A program made the position numbers and the translations under genes. Below the pieces are notes generated by a model. The model did not search any database. It saw only the letters and a program-made list of their open reading frames with translations, and was not told where the DNA came from. 32,000 bases of DNA, taken from the NCBI GenBank assembly GCA_041659405.1, contig JBAZYK010000003.1, forward strand, positions 90,001 through 122,000, in the 5' to 3' direction. The stretch is from Candidatus Altimarinota bacterium (lineage in GTDB: Bacteria > Patescibacteriota > Gracilibacteria > UBA1369). This document shows positions 9,226 to 17,271 of this stretch, in pieces. Numbering within the stretch: the stretch's first letter is position 1; each line of letters starts with the position of its first letter.

Positions 9226-10179
9226 TTAATTATAACCCTTAAACTTATCAGAATATCCGCTATCGTGAGCCGTTCCACGGATTTTGCCCAAGTCTTTTAT
9301 TCCATGCGCTTTCCCCCATTTTTTCATTTCTTCCGCAATCAGCTTGAAACAAATAATATCGCGATAATAAACCGCGGTTCCAACGCCCACCAGCGTAGCA
9401 CCGGCCATAATCATTTCCAGCGCATCTTCACCGGTTAAAACCCCGCCGGTACCAATAATCGGAGTTTTTGGGACAGCCTTATGAATATCGTAAACAGCTT
9501 TAATCGCAATCGGTTTGATCGCCGGACCGCTGACACCTCCCACTTTATTCGCCAAAATCGGCTCACGAGTTTCCAGATCAATCAGCATTCCCGGACCAAC
9601 CGTATTGATTGCCGTGATTCCATCCGCGCCCGCATCCACAACCGCTTTCGCGATCTCCGCAATATTCATTACATTTGGAGAAAGTTTGATCGTAATTGGG
9701 ATTTTAGTTCTTCTGCGAACCGCCGCAGTCACCGCCGCAGCATCAACTCTTGAACAAGAAAACGGTTTCCCAAACTCATCTTCCACATTCGGACAAGAAA
9801 TATTCACTTCAATAATATCTGGATGCAAAGCGTCAACCAGTGCAGCCACTTCCGCAAAATCCTCAATTCGGGATTCAACGATATTGGCAATGAGCGGAGC
9901 CGGTTTATTTTTCATATACTCACCAATTTCAATATAAGCTTTTTCGATTCCCGCATCCGGCAAACCGACCGCGTTCAACATAAAATGATCATTCGCGATA
10001 ATAACCGGATTTGGATGCCCCAAATGTCCCTGTCGCCAAATGGACTTGGTTGTAACACCACCCGCGCCGCCCGTCTTCACCACGTTTCTAAGACTCGCGC
10101 CGGTCACACCCAAAACACCCGACGCCAAAACCAACGGATTCTTGAATTTCACGCCGCAAAAAATTGTTTCCAGATTCAT
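9226..10179 (-). CDS. pyrD: dihydroorotate dehydrogenase catalytic subunit, class 1B
   Basis: FKNPLVLASGVLG, NISCPNVEDEFG, ITIKLSPNV, INTVGPGMLID, GGVLTGEDALEMIMAGATLVGVGTA; immediately upstream of pyrK. Confidence 0.93.
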   Translation of the reverse strand: MNLETIFCGVKFKNPLVLASGVLGVTGASLRNVVKTGGAGGVTTKSIWRQGHLGHPNPVIIANDHFMLNAVGLPDAGIEKAYIEIGEYMKNKPAPLIANIVESRIEDFAEVAALVDALHPDIIEVNISCPNVEDEFGKPFSCSRVDAAAVTAAVRRRTKIPITIKLSPNVMNIAEIAKAVVDAGADGITAINTVGPGMLIDLETREPILANKVGGVSGPAIKPIAIKAVYDIHKAVPKTPIIGTGGVLTGEDALEMIMAGATLVGVGTAVYYRDIICFKLIAEEMKKWGKAHGIKDLGKIRGTAHDSGYSDKFKGYN

Positions 10180-10241
10180 GGATGAGGATTAGATCCACTT
10201 TATTTAAACACTTTTAGCAGATCAACTCAATGCGAGATTTT

Positions 10242-10273
10242 TTTTAAACCTATCGAATTCGGTAGGTTTAAAA
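10242..10273. repeat. 32-bp near-perfect palindrome TTTTAAACCTATCGAATTCGGTAGGTTTAAAA
   Basis: 16-nt half-sites with one mismatched pair; centred on GAATTC; just beyond the KilA-N stop codon. Confidence 0.85.
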
Positions 10274-10279
10274 GTTCCT

Positions 10280-11101
10280 TCACTTCAACAACTTAGCCTC
10301 TGTTGACGGCCTCACGATCGATTCCATTTGGTATATCGCAATTTCATTTAATCTGATGAGCCTTTGCGATTGAGACAGTTTTTGCATAATAAATTCGGCA
10401 TTCAAACTTTCCAGATTGGAAAGAACCACAAGTTGTTCCGCACTGGCATAATCGCGAATATTCCCCTCCTGTTTTGGATTTTGCTCACGCCATTCTTTGG
10501 CTGTAGTATTAAACAAAGCCTTATTTAGAACATCAGCTTCATTCGCATAAATATTTTTAATTTCATTTGGATTAATTTTTTGGGGAATTAAGTTTTCTTT
10601 TATTGAATCTGTATGAATTTTATAATTTATTTTGGCAAGATTTCTTTTGAGATCCCAATCAAGGCCATTTAGCTTATTTTCTTGATCCTTGAGCCGCTGA
10701 AACTCTTTGATGAGATATAATTTAAATTCAGGACTTAACCAGGAACCAAACTCAAAAGCGATATCTTTATGCGCAAAAGTGCCACCTCCATAACGACCGG
10801 ATTTGGAAAAAATACCGATAGCATTGGTTTGTGATATCCATTTTCGAGGTGTTAAAGAAAAACTATTTAAACCAGACTGCATTTTAAAGGTATCGAATTC
10901 GATACCTTTAAAATTTGGATTATGTAACTGTTCCCAAATCCCCAAGAACTCTACTGCATTACGCCCGCGCATCCACTGATAAATCAAAATATCGTCACCA
11001 AAAGGTTTAACCATATCAGTCAGCGAAATAAAATCCTGCTCGTTTCTTTGAATTAAATTTATTTCCGTACCTTTCACATTAAGTTTGAATTGCTTGGCCA
11101 T
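10280..11101 (-). CDS. KilA-N domain-containing protein
   Basis: DFISLTDMVKPFGDD, YQWMRGRNAVEFLGIWEQLHNPNFKGIEFDTFKMQSGLNSFSLTPRKWISQTNAIGIFSKSGRYGGGTFAHKDIAFEFGSWLSPEFKLYLIKEFQRLK matches the family pattern. Confidence 0.88.
   Translation of the reverse strand: MAKQFKLNVKGTEINLIQRNEQDFISLTDMVKPFGDDILIYQWMRGRNAVEFLGIWEQLHNPNFKGIEFDTFKMQSGLNSFSLTPRKWISQTNAIGIFSKSGRYGGGTFAHKDIAFEFGSWLSPEFKLYLIKEFQRLKDQENKLNGLDWDLKRNLAKINYKIHTDSIKENLIPQKINPNEIKNIYANEADVLNKALFNTTAKEWREQNPKQEGNIRDYASAEQLVVLSNLESLNAEFIMQKLSQSQRLIRLNEIAIYQMESIVRPSTEAKLLK
10882..10913. repeat. perfect 32-bp palindrome TTTTAAAGGTATCGAATTCGATACCTTTAAAA inside the KilA-N gene
   Basis: Both 16-nt halves are exact reverse complements. 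Confidence 0.95.
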
Positions 11102-11369
11102 ACAAATTGATTAACTTATATGAGCCAGCATAGAAGAAAAAGATTAAGGATTTCTAAACAGATTCTGAAATAAAGATTAAATTTGGAATTGGTCGAAGCG
11201 GCCCGGAAATCTTATAAGGAAGTCCGGAGCCGCAACGCCTTGTTCAGGCGATTGCACCGCCCTTAGCCAAAGCCAAGGAGATGAAATCAAATAATATGAA
11301 AATGAGAGATTTGTGCCACTACCCAGGCACGCGGGTTAGGAGGTTAACTGCAAATTGTTAGGGGCGCAG

Positions 11370-11411
11370 CCCCGGAGCGACGAATGGAACAAGTCCACCG
11401 TCGCCCCGGGG
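11370..11411 (-). terminator. GC-rich hairpin downstream of the 11425-11886 ORF; no clear U-tract
   Basis: CCCCGGAGCGACG (11370-11382) against CGTCGCCCCGGGG (11399-11411), 13-bp stem fully paired as minus-strand RNA if G-U is allowed. Confidence 0.35.
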
Positions 11412-11424
11412 AGCGCGAAGGCCG

Positions 11425-11886
11425 TCAGGCCGCGACGAACATCTGCGCGACGGGATTGCCGTTGTTGTAGCCGAGGAGCGCCGGAAAATCCGCCGCTCCA
11501 ACCAACACGACCTTCCCGTTACCCTTCGCCACCATGCGCTCGATGTTACCACCCCGCGCCCGGGAGACGATGTGCACGCTGCCGGTCGCCTCCACGCCGA
11601 ACTGGTACGACCCCGTCTGTCCGGAGGTCACCAAGGCGTCCAAGAGAAGCCCCGCCTGCTCGTCGTTGAGAAGGCGATTCGAGACGACGGAGACCTTGTC
11701 GGAAGTGACGATGACGCGATCGAAGTCGACGCCGCCGGAAGGCCACCATTCACCGAACGTCTGGCCGACCCTGAGCGTCGAGACGTCGTCTCCAGCGAGC
11801 CTCAGGAACAAGACCTCCTCCATCTCGTTCAGATTGGTAGCCACGAGCGCACAAAATTCCTGGAACGTCATGAAAAACTCCACCAC
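11425..11886 (-). CDS. hypothetical protein, GC-rich orphan-like ORF; start GTG 11886 or ATG 11871
   Basis: Very high third-position GC over the first roughly 60 codons, unlike neighbouring genes; codon pattern supports real coding. Product MTFQEFCALVATNLNEMEEVLFLRLAGDDVSTLRVGQTFGEWW... not recognised. Confidence 0.6.
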   Translation of the reverse strand: MVEFFMTFQEFCALVATNLNEMEEVLFLRLAGDDVSTLRVGQTFGEWWPSGGVDFDRVIVTSDKVSVVSNRLLNDEQAGLLLDALVTSGQTGSYQFGVEATGSVHIVSRARGGNIERMVAKGNGKVVLVGAADFPALLGYNNGNPVAQMFVAA

Positions 11887-12160
11887 CCGCGCACCGAAGT
11901 GCCGGGCAAAATGAGCATACCCTCAATCGCGCCAGGCGCAAACCGAGGGCTAAAAACAAACACCTATTCAATGAGTCACGATCGCCTTGGGTAAAACCCG
12001 CAGCAACCGGCAACTCCCAAAGGTTCTTTCACCTCCTTTCGAAGGTTAAAATACTAAACCTGTGAGAGCAGCGAATCACAAAAGCAACGACGACCCTTAC
12101 CGCCCTTGCTTTGGCCATTCACTGCGCCCACCAGCCAGTACACAGAACCAAAAATCTCTC

Positions 12161-12175
12161 AATTTTCAAAGAACA
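12161..12175 (-). promoter_or_regulatory. boxA-like antitermination motif TGTTCTTTGAAAATT
   Basis: Minus-strand sequence resembles rRNA-leader boxA elements and lies downstream of a promoter on the same strand. Confidence 0.4.
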
Positions 12176-12248
12176 AAGCAATCTGTAGGCTTACGGCCAT
12201 GCACTCTTTTCAAAAGAAAGCAGGGGCACAAAAAACGCACAGAAGTGT

Positions 12249-12277
12249 ACAGTATCATGCAAGTACGCAAATGTCAA
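12249..12277 (-). promoter_or_regulatory. sigma70-type promoter, TTGACA-N17-TACTGT
   Basis: -35 TTGACA (complement of 12272-12277), 17-nt spacer, -10 TACTGT (complement of 12249-12254). Confidence 0.6.
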
Positions 12278-12485
12278 CACGGCCAAGCTGCCACCACCAA
12301 AATTAAGCTAATGTTAGCCACAAACCAACACTAAAAGCCCTCATAACCACCTCCCCACAAGTTTTGAACATACTTTGAAACATCCTGTCGGAAAACATTA
12401 CGACAATGTTCATTTTACACAAAACAAAGCCAACCCAGAGGAAACTTAGCAGCAAGTTCTAATTCGTACATAAAAAAAACAAATT

Positions 12486-13922
12486 TTATCCAACAAATTC
12501 CACCTCTTTGCCCGGCCATTTTCCAAATTTATCGCGCCATTCGTACATCAATTCACCGCCGACAAAAGTCATCACCGGAAATCCCTGCAAAACCCAGCCA
12601 TGGAAAGGCGACCAATCAACTTTTGTCCATAAATAATTATGGCAAATGCGCTCTTTTAAAGCCATATCCACAACCGCAAAATCGGCATCATAACCGGCTT
12701 CAATTGCGCCCTTCCCCTTAATTCCAAACAAACGCGCCGGATTAGCCGAACAAAGTTCCACAACTTTTTCCAAACTTAAAACGCCTTCATTCACCGCATT
12801 CAATAATAGCGGCAACATGGTTTGCACGCCCGGAATTCCACTTGGCGCCTGTTCATACGGCAACTTTTTTTCATCCAAAGTATGAGGCGCGTGATCCGTA
12901 GCGATCATATCCACTGTACCGTCTTTTACCGCTTCCCAAAGCGCAACCTGGTCCTGCACGCCGCGCAGTGGCGGATTAACTTTCACCAGATTTCCATATT
13001 TTTCATAATCCTGATCAGACAAAAACAAATGATGCGGAGTAACTTCCACACTCACATTTTGCGCAAGCGCACGCGCCCCACCATCCTTAAACTTGCGGAT
13101 ACTATCAAGTTCCAAAGCCGAAGAAACATGACAAATATGAACTCGAGTATCATATTTTTTAGCCAAATGTAAAACCTCTTTCACGGCATCATGAGCGCAC
13201 TCCGCTGCGCGAATTTTGGAATGTACCGCTGCATCGGCATGCGCAAGCACACCTGCCCCCACCCCACCATGTTCAACCAAATATTTTTGAGTATGTTCCT
13301 GAATGCAACTTTGCAGCTCGGCATGAATGGCCAAAAGATGGGAATTTTCAGACTCACCCGCTGACCCATGAGTTCCCGAATTTTCTTCCATGAATTTTTC
13401 CAGATCCGCCTTTTGATCAAGCAGCAAATTCCCGGTTGAACTCCCCATAAAAATTTTCACACCGGCAATATTTTTCAGTTTTTTGATTTCCTCGAGATTC
13501 GTTTTGCCATCTTTAGACCTAGTCGCACCCACATAAAAACCATAATTGACCAAAGCCTGCTTGGCCACCAATTTGCGCTTTTCCGCCAAAGTTTTTTCAT
13601 CCACAGTTGGCGGATTGGTATTTGGCATATCCAAAACAGTAGTCACACCACCAGCCAGCGCCGCCTTTGAACCGGTAATCCAATCCTCTTTTTCAGGATT
13701 GCCCGGAGTCCTAAAATGCACATGTACATCGATCAATCCCGGCAAAAGAAACTTTCCATCAAGATCAATCGTTTCAATCTTCTGATTTTCTAAAACCGAC
13801 TGAAACTTAGCCGACTTCCCGCGTTTAACTTCTTTAATTTTGCCATTCGAAACCAAAACCGACCCATCAAAAATTTCTTTTGGAGTAACGATTTGCGCGT
13901 TGATAAGGGCAAAAGTCTTCAT
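12486..13922 (-). CDS. pyrC: dihydroorotase
   Basis: DGKFLLPGLIDVHVHFRTPGNPEKEDW, TTVLDMPNTNPPT, HICHVSSALEL, VEVTPHHLFLSD, VNPPLR, DMIATDHAPH. Confidence 0.95.
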   Translation of the reverse strand: MKTFALINAQIVTPKEIFDGSVLVSNGKIKEVKRGKSAKFQSVLENQKIETIDLDGKFLLPGLIDVHVHFRTPGNPEKEDWITGSKAALAGGVTTVLDMPNTNPPTVDEKTLAEKRKLVAKQALVNYGFYVGATRSKDGKTNLEEIKKLKNIAGVKIFMGSSTGNLLLDQKADLEKFMEENSGTHGSAGESENSHLLAIHAELQSCIQEHTQKYLVEHGGVGAGVLAHADAAVHSKIRAAECAHDAVKEVLHLAKKYDTRVHICHVSSALELDSIRKFKDGGARALAQNVSVEVTPHHLFLSDQDYEKYGNLVKVNPPLRGVQDQVALWEAVKDGTVDMIATDHAPHTLDEKKLPYEQAPSGIPGVQTMLPLLLNAVNEGVLSLEKVVELCSANPARLFGIKGKGAIEAGYDADFAVVDMALKERICHNYLWTKVDWSPFHGWVLQGFPVMTFVGGELMYEWRDKFGKWPGKEVEFVG

Positions 13923-13946
13923 ACAAATATTCGCAAACAGACAAAA

Positions 13947-14384
13947 CTATTTCTTTGCTGGAGTTCCCGTCTGAGTTTTTGGAGTAGTCGCTTGAGTTGA
14001 TTGAGTAGCCTGAGTTGTCGCCTGGGTGCTAACCGGTTGCAATTGAGTCTCATTCTGCAATTGTTGAAACCTGCGCATCATTGAAGGATATGAATTTTTC
14101 AATTGTTCATCACTCAAATTATAAGCATTTCCACCACGTAGTCCTCTCATCATTCCTCCAAAAGAATTAAGTCCCGAACTCAAAGTGATCAAACTTCCGA
14201 GTAATCCGGCCACCATTAAAATAATAATCCAGGTCAAAAGTTGCTTTGCTTTAAGGTTTTTAACCATCCAGATAATCAATAAAACTATGGCAACACCAAC
14301 CATCGTCATAAAAAACATATGCAAAGCAAAACCTACGACAGAAGTAGCAGAGTCCCCAAAACCGGTATTATATAGATTCATCAT
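13947..14384 (-). CDS. small membrane protein with Thr/Gln-rich C-terminal tail
   Basis: Two hydrophobic segments followed by TQATTQATQSTQATTPKTQTGTP. Confidence 0.6.
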   Translation of the reverse strand: MMNLYNTGFGDSATSVVGFALHMFFMTMVGVAIVLLIIWMVKNLKAKQLLTWIIILMVAGLLGSLITLSSGLNSFGGMMRGLRGGNAYNLSDEQLKNSYPSMMRRFQQLQNETQLQPVSTQATTQATQSTQATTPKTQTGTPAKK

Positions 14385-14554
14385 GAATGAAAAAAGTTAG
14401 AAAATATCCAAAACCAATCTTACTCCTAAGGCTAGAATACCAAAAGAAAAAATCAAGATTAACATTTGCAAAATATAGGAATAGAATGCGCAGCGGCTTC
14501 GCAAAGAAACCAAGCCCCAGTGCGCTCCAGGAATAAACCGTAATCCCCACTCCC

Positions 14555-15733
14555 ATGAAAAATCTGCTAATCAAAACCAGAAACGGCTTCATCAAATTCG
14601 GCTATAAAACATTTCTAAAACCGATTTTCTTTAAACTGGACCCCGAAGACGTTCACGATCACATGACCAAAATCGGAAAAGCACTTGGTAGATTTGGAAT
14701 TGGCAGATCCATTACCAAAGCCATGTTTTATTATTCCGATCCTTCGCTTGGCCAATATATTCACGGTATTAATTTTGCAAATCCGGTTGGTTTAGCGGCG
14801 GGATTCGACAAAAACGCCGAACTCACCCGGATTTTGCCGGAAGTTGGATTTGGCTTTGAAGAAGTTGGATCCATCACCGGAGAACATTGCGCCGGCAACC
14901 CAAAACCACGTCTTTGGCGCCTAAAAAAGACTCAGGGTTTAGTGGTTTATTACGGCCTAAAAAACGACGGCTGCGAAAAAATTTCCGCGCGTTTGGCGGA
15001 TCAAATCAAAAAACATCCATTCAAGTTTCCGGTTGGCATCAGTATTGCCAAGACTAACAATGAGCAAACTTGTGAAACCGAAGCCGGAATTAAAGATTAC
15101 GTAAAAGCTTTCAAGCATTTCACTCACATCGGCGACTACATCACAATCAATATCAGCTGCCCAAATGCGTTTGGCGGAGAACCTTTTACCGAACCGCACA
15201 AACTGGAAGCACTTCTTGCCGAAACCGACAAAATCCCATACAACAAACCGATTTTCCTAAAAATTTCGCCTGACCTAAACAAGGAGCAACTCGACCAAAT
15301 TTTACACATTATCAGCAAACACAAAGTAGACGGTCTGCTTTGTGCCAACCTGACCAAAAATCGAGAAAATGCCAAAATCCATAAAGAAGATAAAATGCCG
15401 GCAGTTGGCGGCATAAGCGGCAAAGCCCAGGGAGAACTTTCCAATGAACAAATCCGCTATGTTTATAAAAAGTGGAAAAAGATGATGTCCGATGGCACCA
15501 ATAGCCACAAACGCGACCTTACCATCATCGGCTGCGGGGGAATTTTTACGGCCGAAGACGCTTACAAAAAAATCAAAGCCGGCGCTTCACTTTTGCAAAT
15601 GATCACCGGTATGATTTTTGAGGGACCACAAGCAATCAGCAGTATCAACATGGGCCTGGTTAAACTCCTAAAAAAAGACGGCTACAAAAATATCAGCGAA
15701 GCCGTTGGCAAAGAGCACGACCTCAAAGATTAA
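14555..15733 (+). CDS. pyrD: dihydroorotate dehydrogenase, class 2 (quinone-type)
   Basis: DPEDVHDHMTKIGK, INFANPVGLAAGFDKNAEL, GFEEVGSITGE, NPKPRLWRL, GIKDYVKAFKHF...DYITINISCPN, ISGKA, IIGCGGIFTAEDAYKKIKAGASLLQMITGMIFEGP. Confidence 0.92.
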   Translation: MKNLLIKTRNGFIKFGYKTFLKPIFFKLDPEDVHDHMTKIGKALGRFGIGRSITKAMFYYSDPSLGQYIHGINFANPVGLAAGFDKNAELTRILPEVGFGFEEVGSITGEHCAGNPKPRLWRLKKTQGLVVYYGLKNDGCEKISARLADQIKKHPFKFPVGISIAKTNNEQTCETEAGIKDYVKAFKHFTHIGDYITINISCPNAFGGEPFTEPHKLEALLAETDKIPYNKPIFLKISPDLNKEQLDQILHIISKHKVDGLLCANLTKNRENAKIHKEDKMPAVGGISGKAQGELSNEQIRYVYKKWKKMMSDGTNSHKRDLTIIGCGGIFTAEDAYKKIKAGASLLQMITGMIFEGPQAISSINMGLVKLLKKDGYKNISEAVGKEHDLKD

Positions 15734-15747
15734 TTAATCAAAAAAAC

Positions 15748-17217
15748 ATGGTCTCAAATTCGACCCTGGCTTCAACCTCCACCATCAAAAACCCAAATAC
15801 TGCAGCCAAACAAAGCGTGGCTTTAAGTTCGGTTTTTGCAAGTTTTGGGCTAACAATCATGAAATTAATTGTGGGAATTTTGAGCATGAGTATGGGAATT
15901 ATTTCCGAAGCCGCCCATTCCGCCCTTGATTTGGGAGCGGCACTTTTGACCTATTTTGCAGTTAAGGCTGGGGACAAACCGGCCGACGACGACCACCATT
16001 ACGGCCATGGCAAAATTGAAAGTGTTTCTGCTTTGATAGAAACCGGCCTGCTTTTTTTGACCAGCGCCTGGATTATTTATGAGTCCGTTCATCGCTTAAT
16101 GTCAGACACTATCGAAGTTGAAACAACCTGGTTCACTTTTGCGGTTATGATTATTTCCATTTTAGTCGATTTTTCACGTTCACGAGCCTTAAAAAAAGTG
16201 GCCAAAGCTACCCACAGTCAGGCGCTGGAAGCTGATGCCTTGCATTTCAGTTCGGACATTTTAAGTTCCGGCGTGGTCATAATTGGTTTGGCACTTGTAG
16301 CCTTTGGATTAAAATCCGCTGATGCCTATGCCGCAATTGGCGTTTCTATTTTTGTTGGATATGCCGGTTATAATTTGGGAAAAAGAACGCTGGAAGTTTT
16401 AACCGACGCCGCACCAATCGGTCTGCGTGAAAGAATTATGGAAATCGCCAAAAAAGTGGATGGCGTAATTACAGTGGAAAAAGTCCGGGTCAGACCAATA
16501 GGAATTGATACTTTTATTGATATGACGGTTTTTGTCAGCCGCATTTTACCGCTTGTTAAAGCCCACGGAATCACCAACCTGATCATTGAAGAAGTCCGCA
16601 AAGAAATCCCCGGCACCGACATTACAATCCACATTAAACCTTTGCCGCTTGATTCCGAAACCATTATCGAACAGGTTAAAGTTGTGGCAGCGCACCACGA
16701 TCTGCAAATTCCCAATATCACCATTTTCACCGAAAATAAAAAGCAGCATTTAAGTTATGAGCTTGAGGTTAATCCGGCGTTAAAGCTGCAAAAAGCTCAC
16801 GATATTGCCACCAATTTAGAGAAAATGATTAGTGCGGAAATCGGCACCGACATTGAAATAAACACGCATATTGAACCGGTTCATTCAGAGGTTGTCCACG
16901 CTCATCACGTTTCCGAAGCGGAAAGAAAAGACGCAAGCGATTGCATCCGGGAATCAGCCAAAAAAATCAAAATAATTCAGGGCGTTCACGAGATCAACAT
17001 CAGCAAATTTGGCCATAAATTTTTTGTTTCTTTCCACGCTTTGTTTCCTGGTGATGCCGTTTTGGAAGAAGTCCATCAGGCAGCCGACGAGCTTGAGTTC
17101 GCCATAAAATCAAAATGCCAACACATCGGCAAAGTTGTGATTCATGCGGAACCAATGGAGGAAGCCAACTCAACAGAAAAAACGGAAAAAGACTCGGACG
17201 GATGCCATCAAAAATAG
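15748..17217 (+). CDS. cation diffusion facilitator (CDF) family transporter
   Basis: GIISEAAHSALDLGAALLTYFAVKAGDKPADDDHHYGHGKIESVSALIE, later THSQALEADALHFSSDILSS; multiple transmembrane segments. Confidence 0.92.
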   Translation: MVSNSTLASTSTIKNPNTAAKQSVALSSVFASFGLTIMKLIVGILSMSMGIISEAAHSALDLGAALLTYFAVKAGDKPADDDHHYGHGKIESVSALIETGLLFLTSAWIIYESVHRLMSDTIEVETTWFTFAVMIISILVDFSRSRALKKVAKATHSQALEADALHFSSDILSSGVVIIGLALVAFGLKSADAYAAIGVSIFVGYAGYNLGKRTLEVLTDAAPIGLRERIMEIAKKVDGVITVEKVRVRPIGIDTFIDMTVFVSRILPLVKAHGITNLIIEEVRKEIPGTDITIHIKPLPLDSETIIEQVKVVAAHHDLQIPNITIFTENKKQHLSYELEVNPALKLQKAHDIATNLEKMISAEIGTDIEINTHIEPVHSEVVHAHHVSEAERKDASDCIRESAKKIKIIQGVHEINISKFGHKFFVSFHALFPGDAVLEEVHQAADELEFAIKSKCQHIGKVVIHAEPMEEANSTEKTEKDSDGCHQK

Positions 17218-17271
17218 AGCATTTGCGCAAAAAAACTCGTCCAATCAAAAATCCCAAAAATTATTAATTGA

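Noticed and set aside
10242-10273. Palindrome interpreted as a rho-independent terminator of the KilA-N gene
   Set aside because: On the minus strand it is followed by A's rather than U's, and it closely resembles the palindrome inside the coding region.
11240-11425. Integron attC-like edges on the minus strand (CTAACAATT near 11352-11360 and GAACAAGGCGTTG near 11240-11255) flanking the GC-rich ORF
   Set aside because: The R'' and R' core sites are not mutually complementary or canonical, the intervening sequence is not clearly palindromic, and no integrase is visible. A covariance-model attC search could reopen this.
11355-11914. Plus-strand ORFs at 11355-11669 and 11534-11914
   Set aside because: Antisense to the GC-rich ORF; Arg/Pro/Ser-rich low-complexity translations typical of spurious frames in high-GC sequence.
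12026-12060. TTTCACCTCCTTTC on the plus strand looks like the 3' end of 16S rRNA
   Set aside because: Only the anti-Shine-Dalgarno core matches; no other 16S sequence is adjacent. It is better read as a strong SD on the minus strand.
12062-12334. 90-aa and 66-aa plus-strand ORFs in the leader region
   Set aside because: Antisense to a plausible promoter and boxA-like leader; translations have no domain character.
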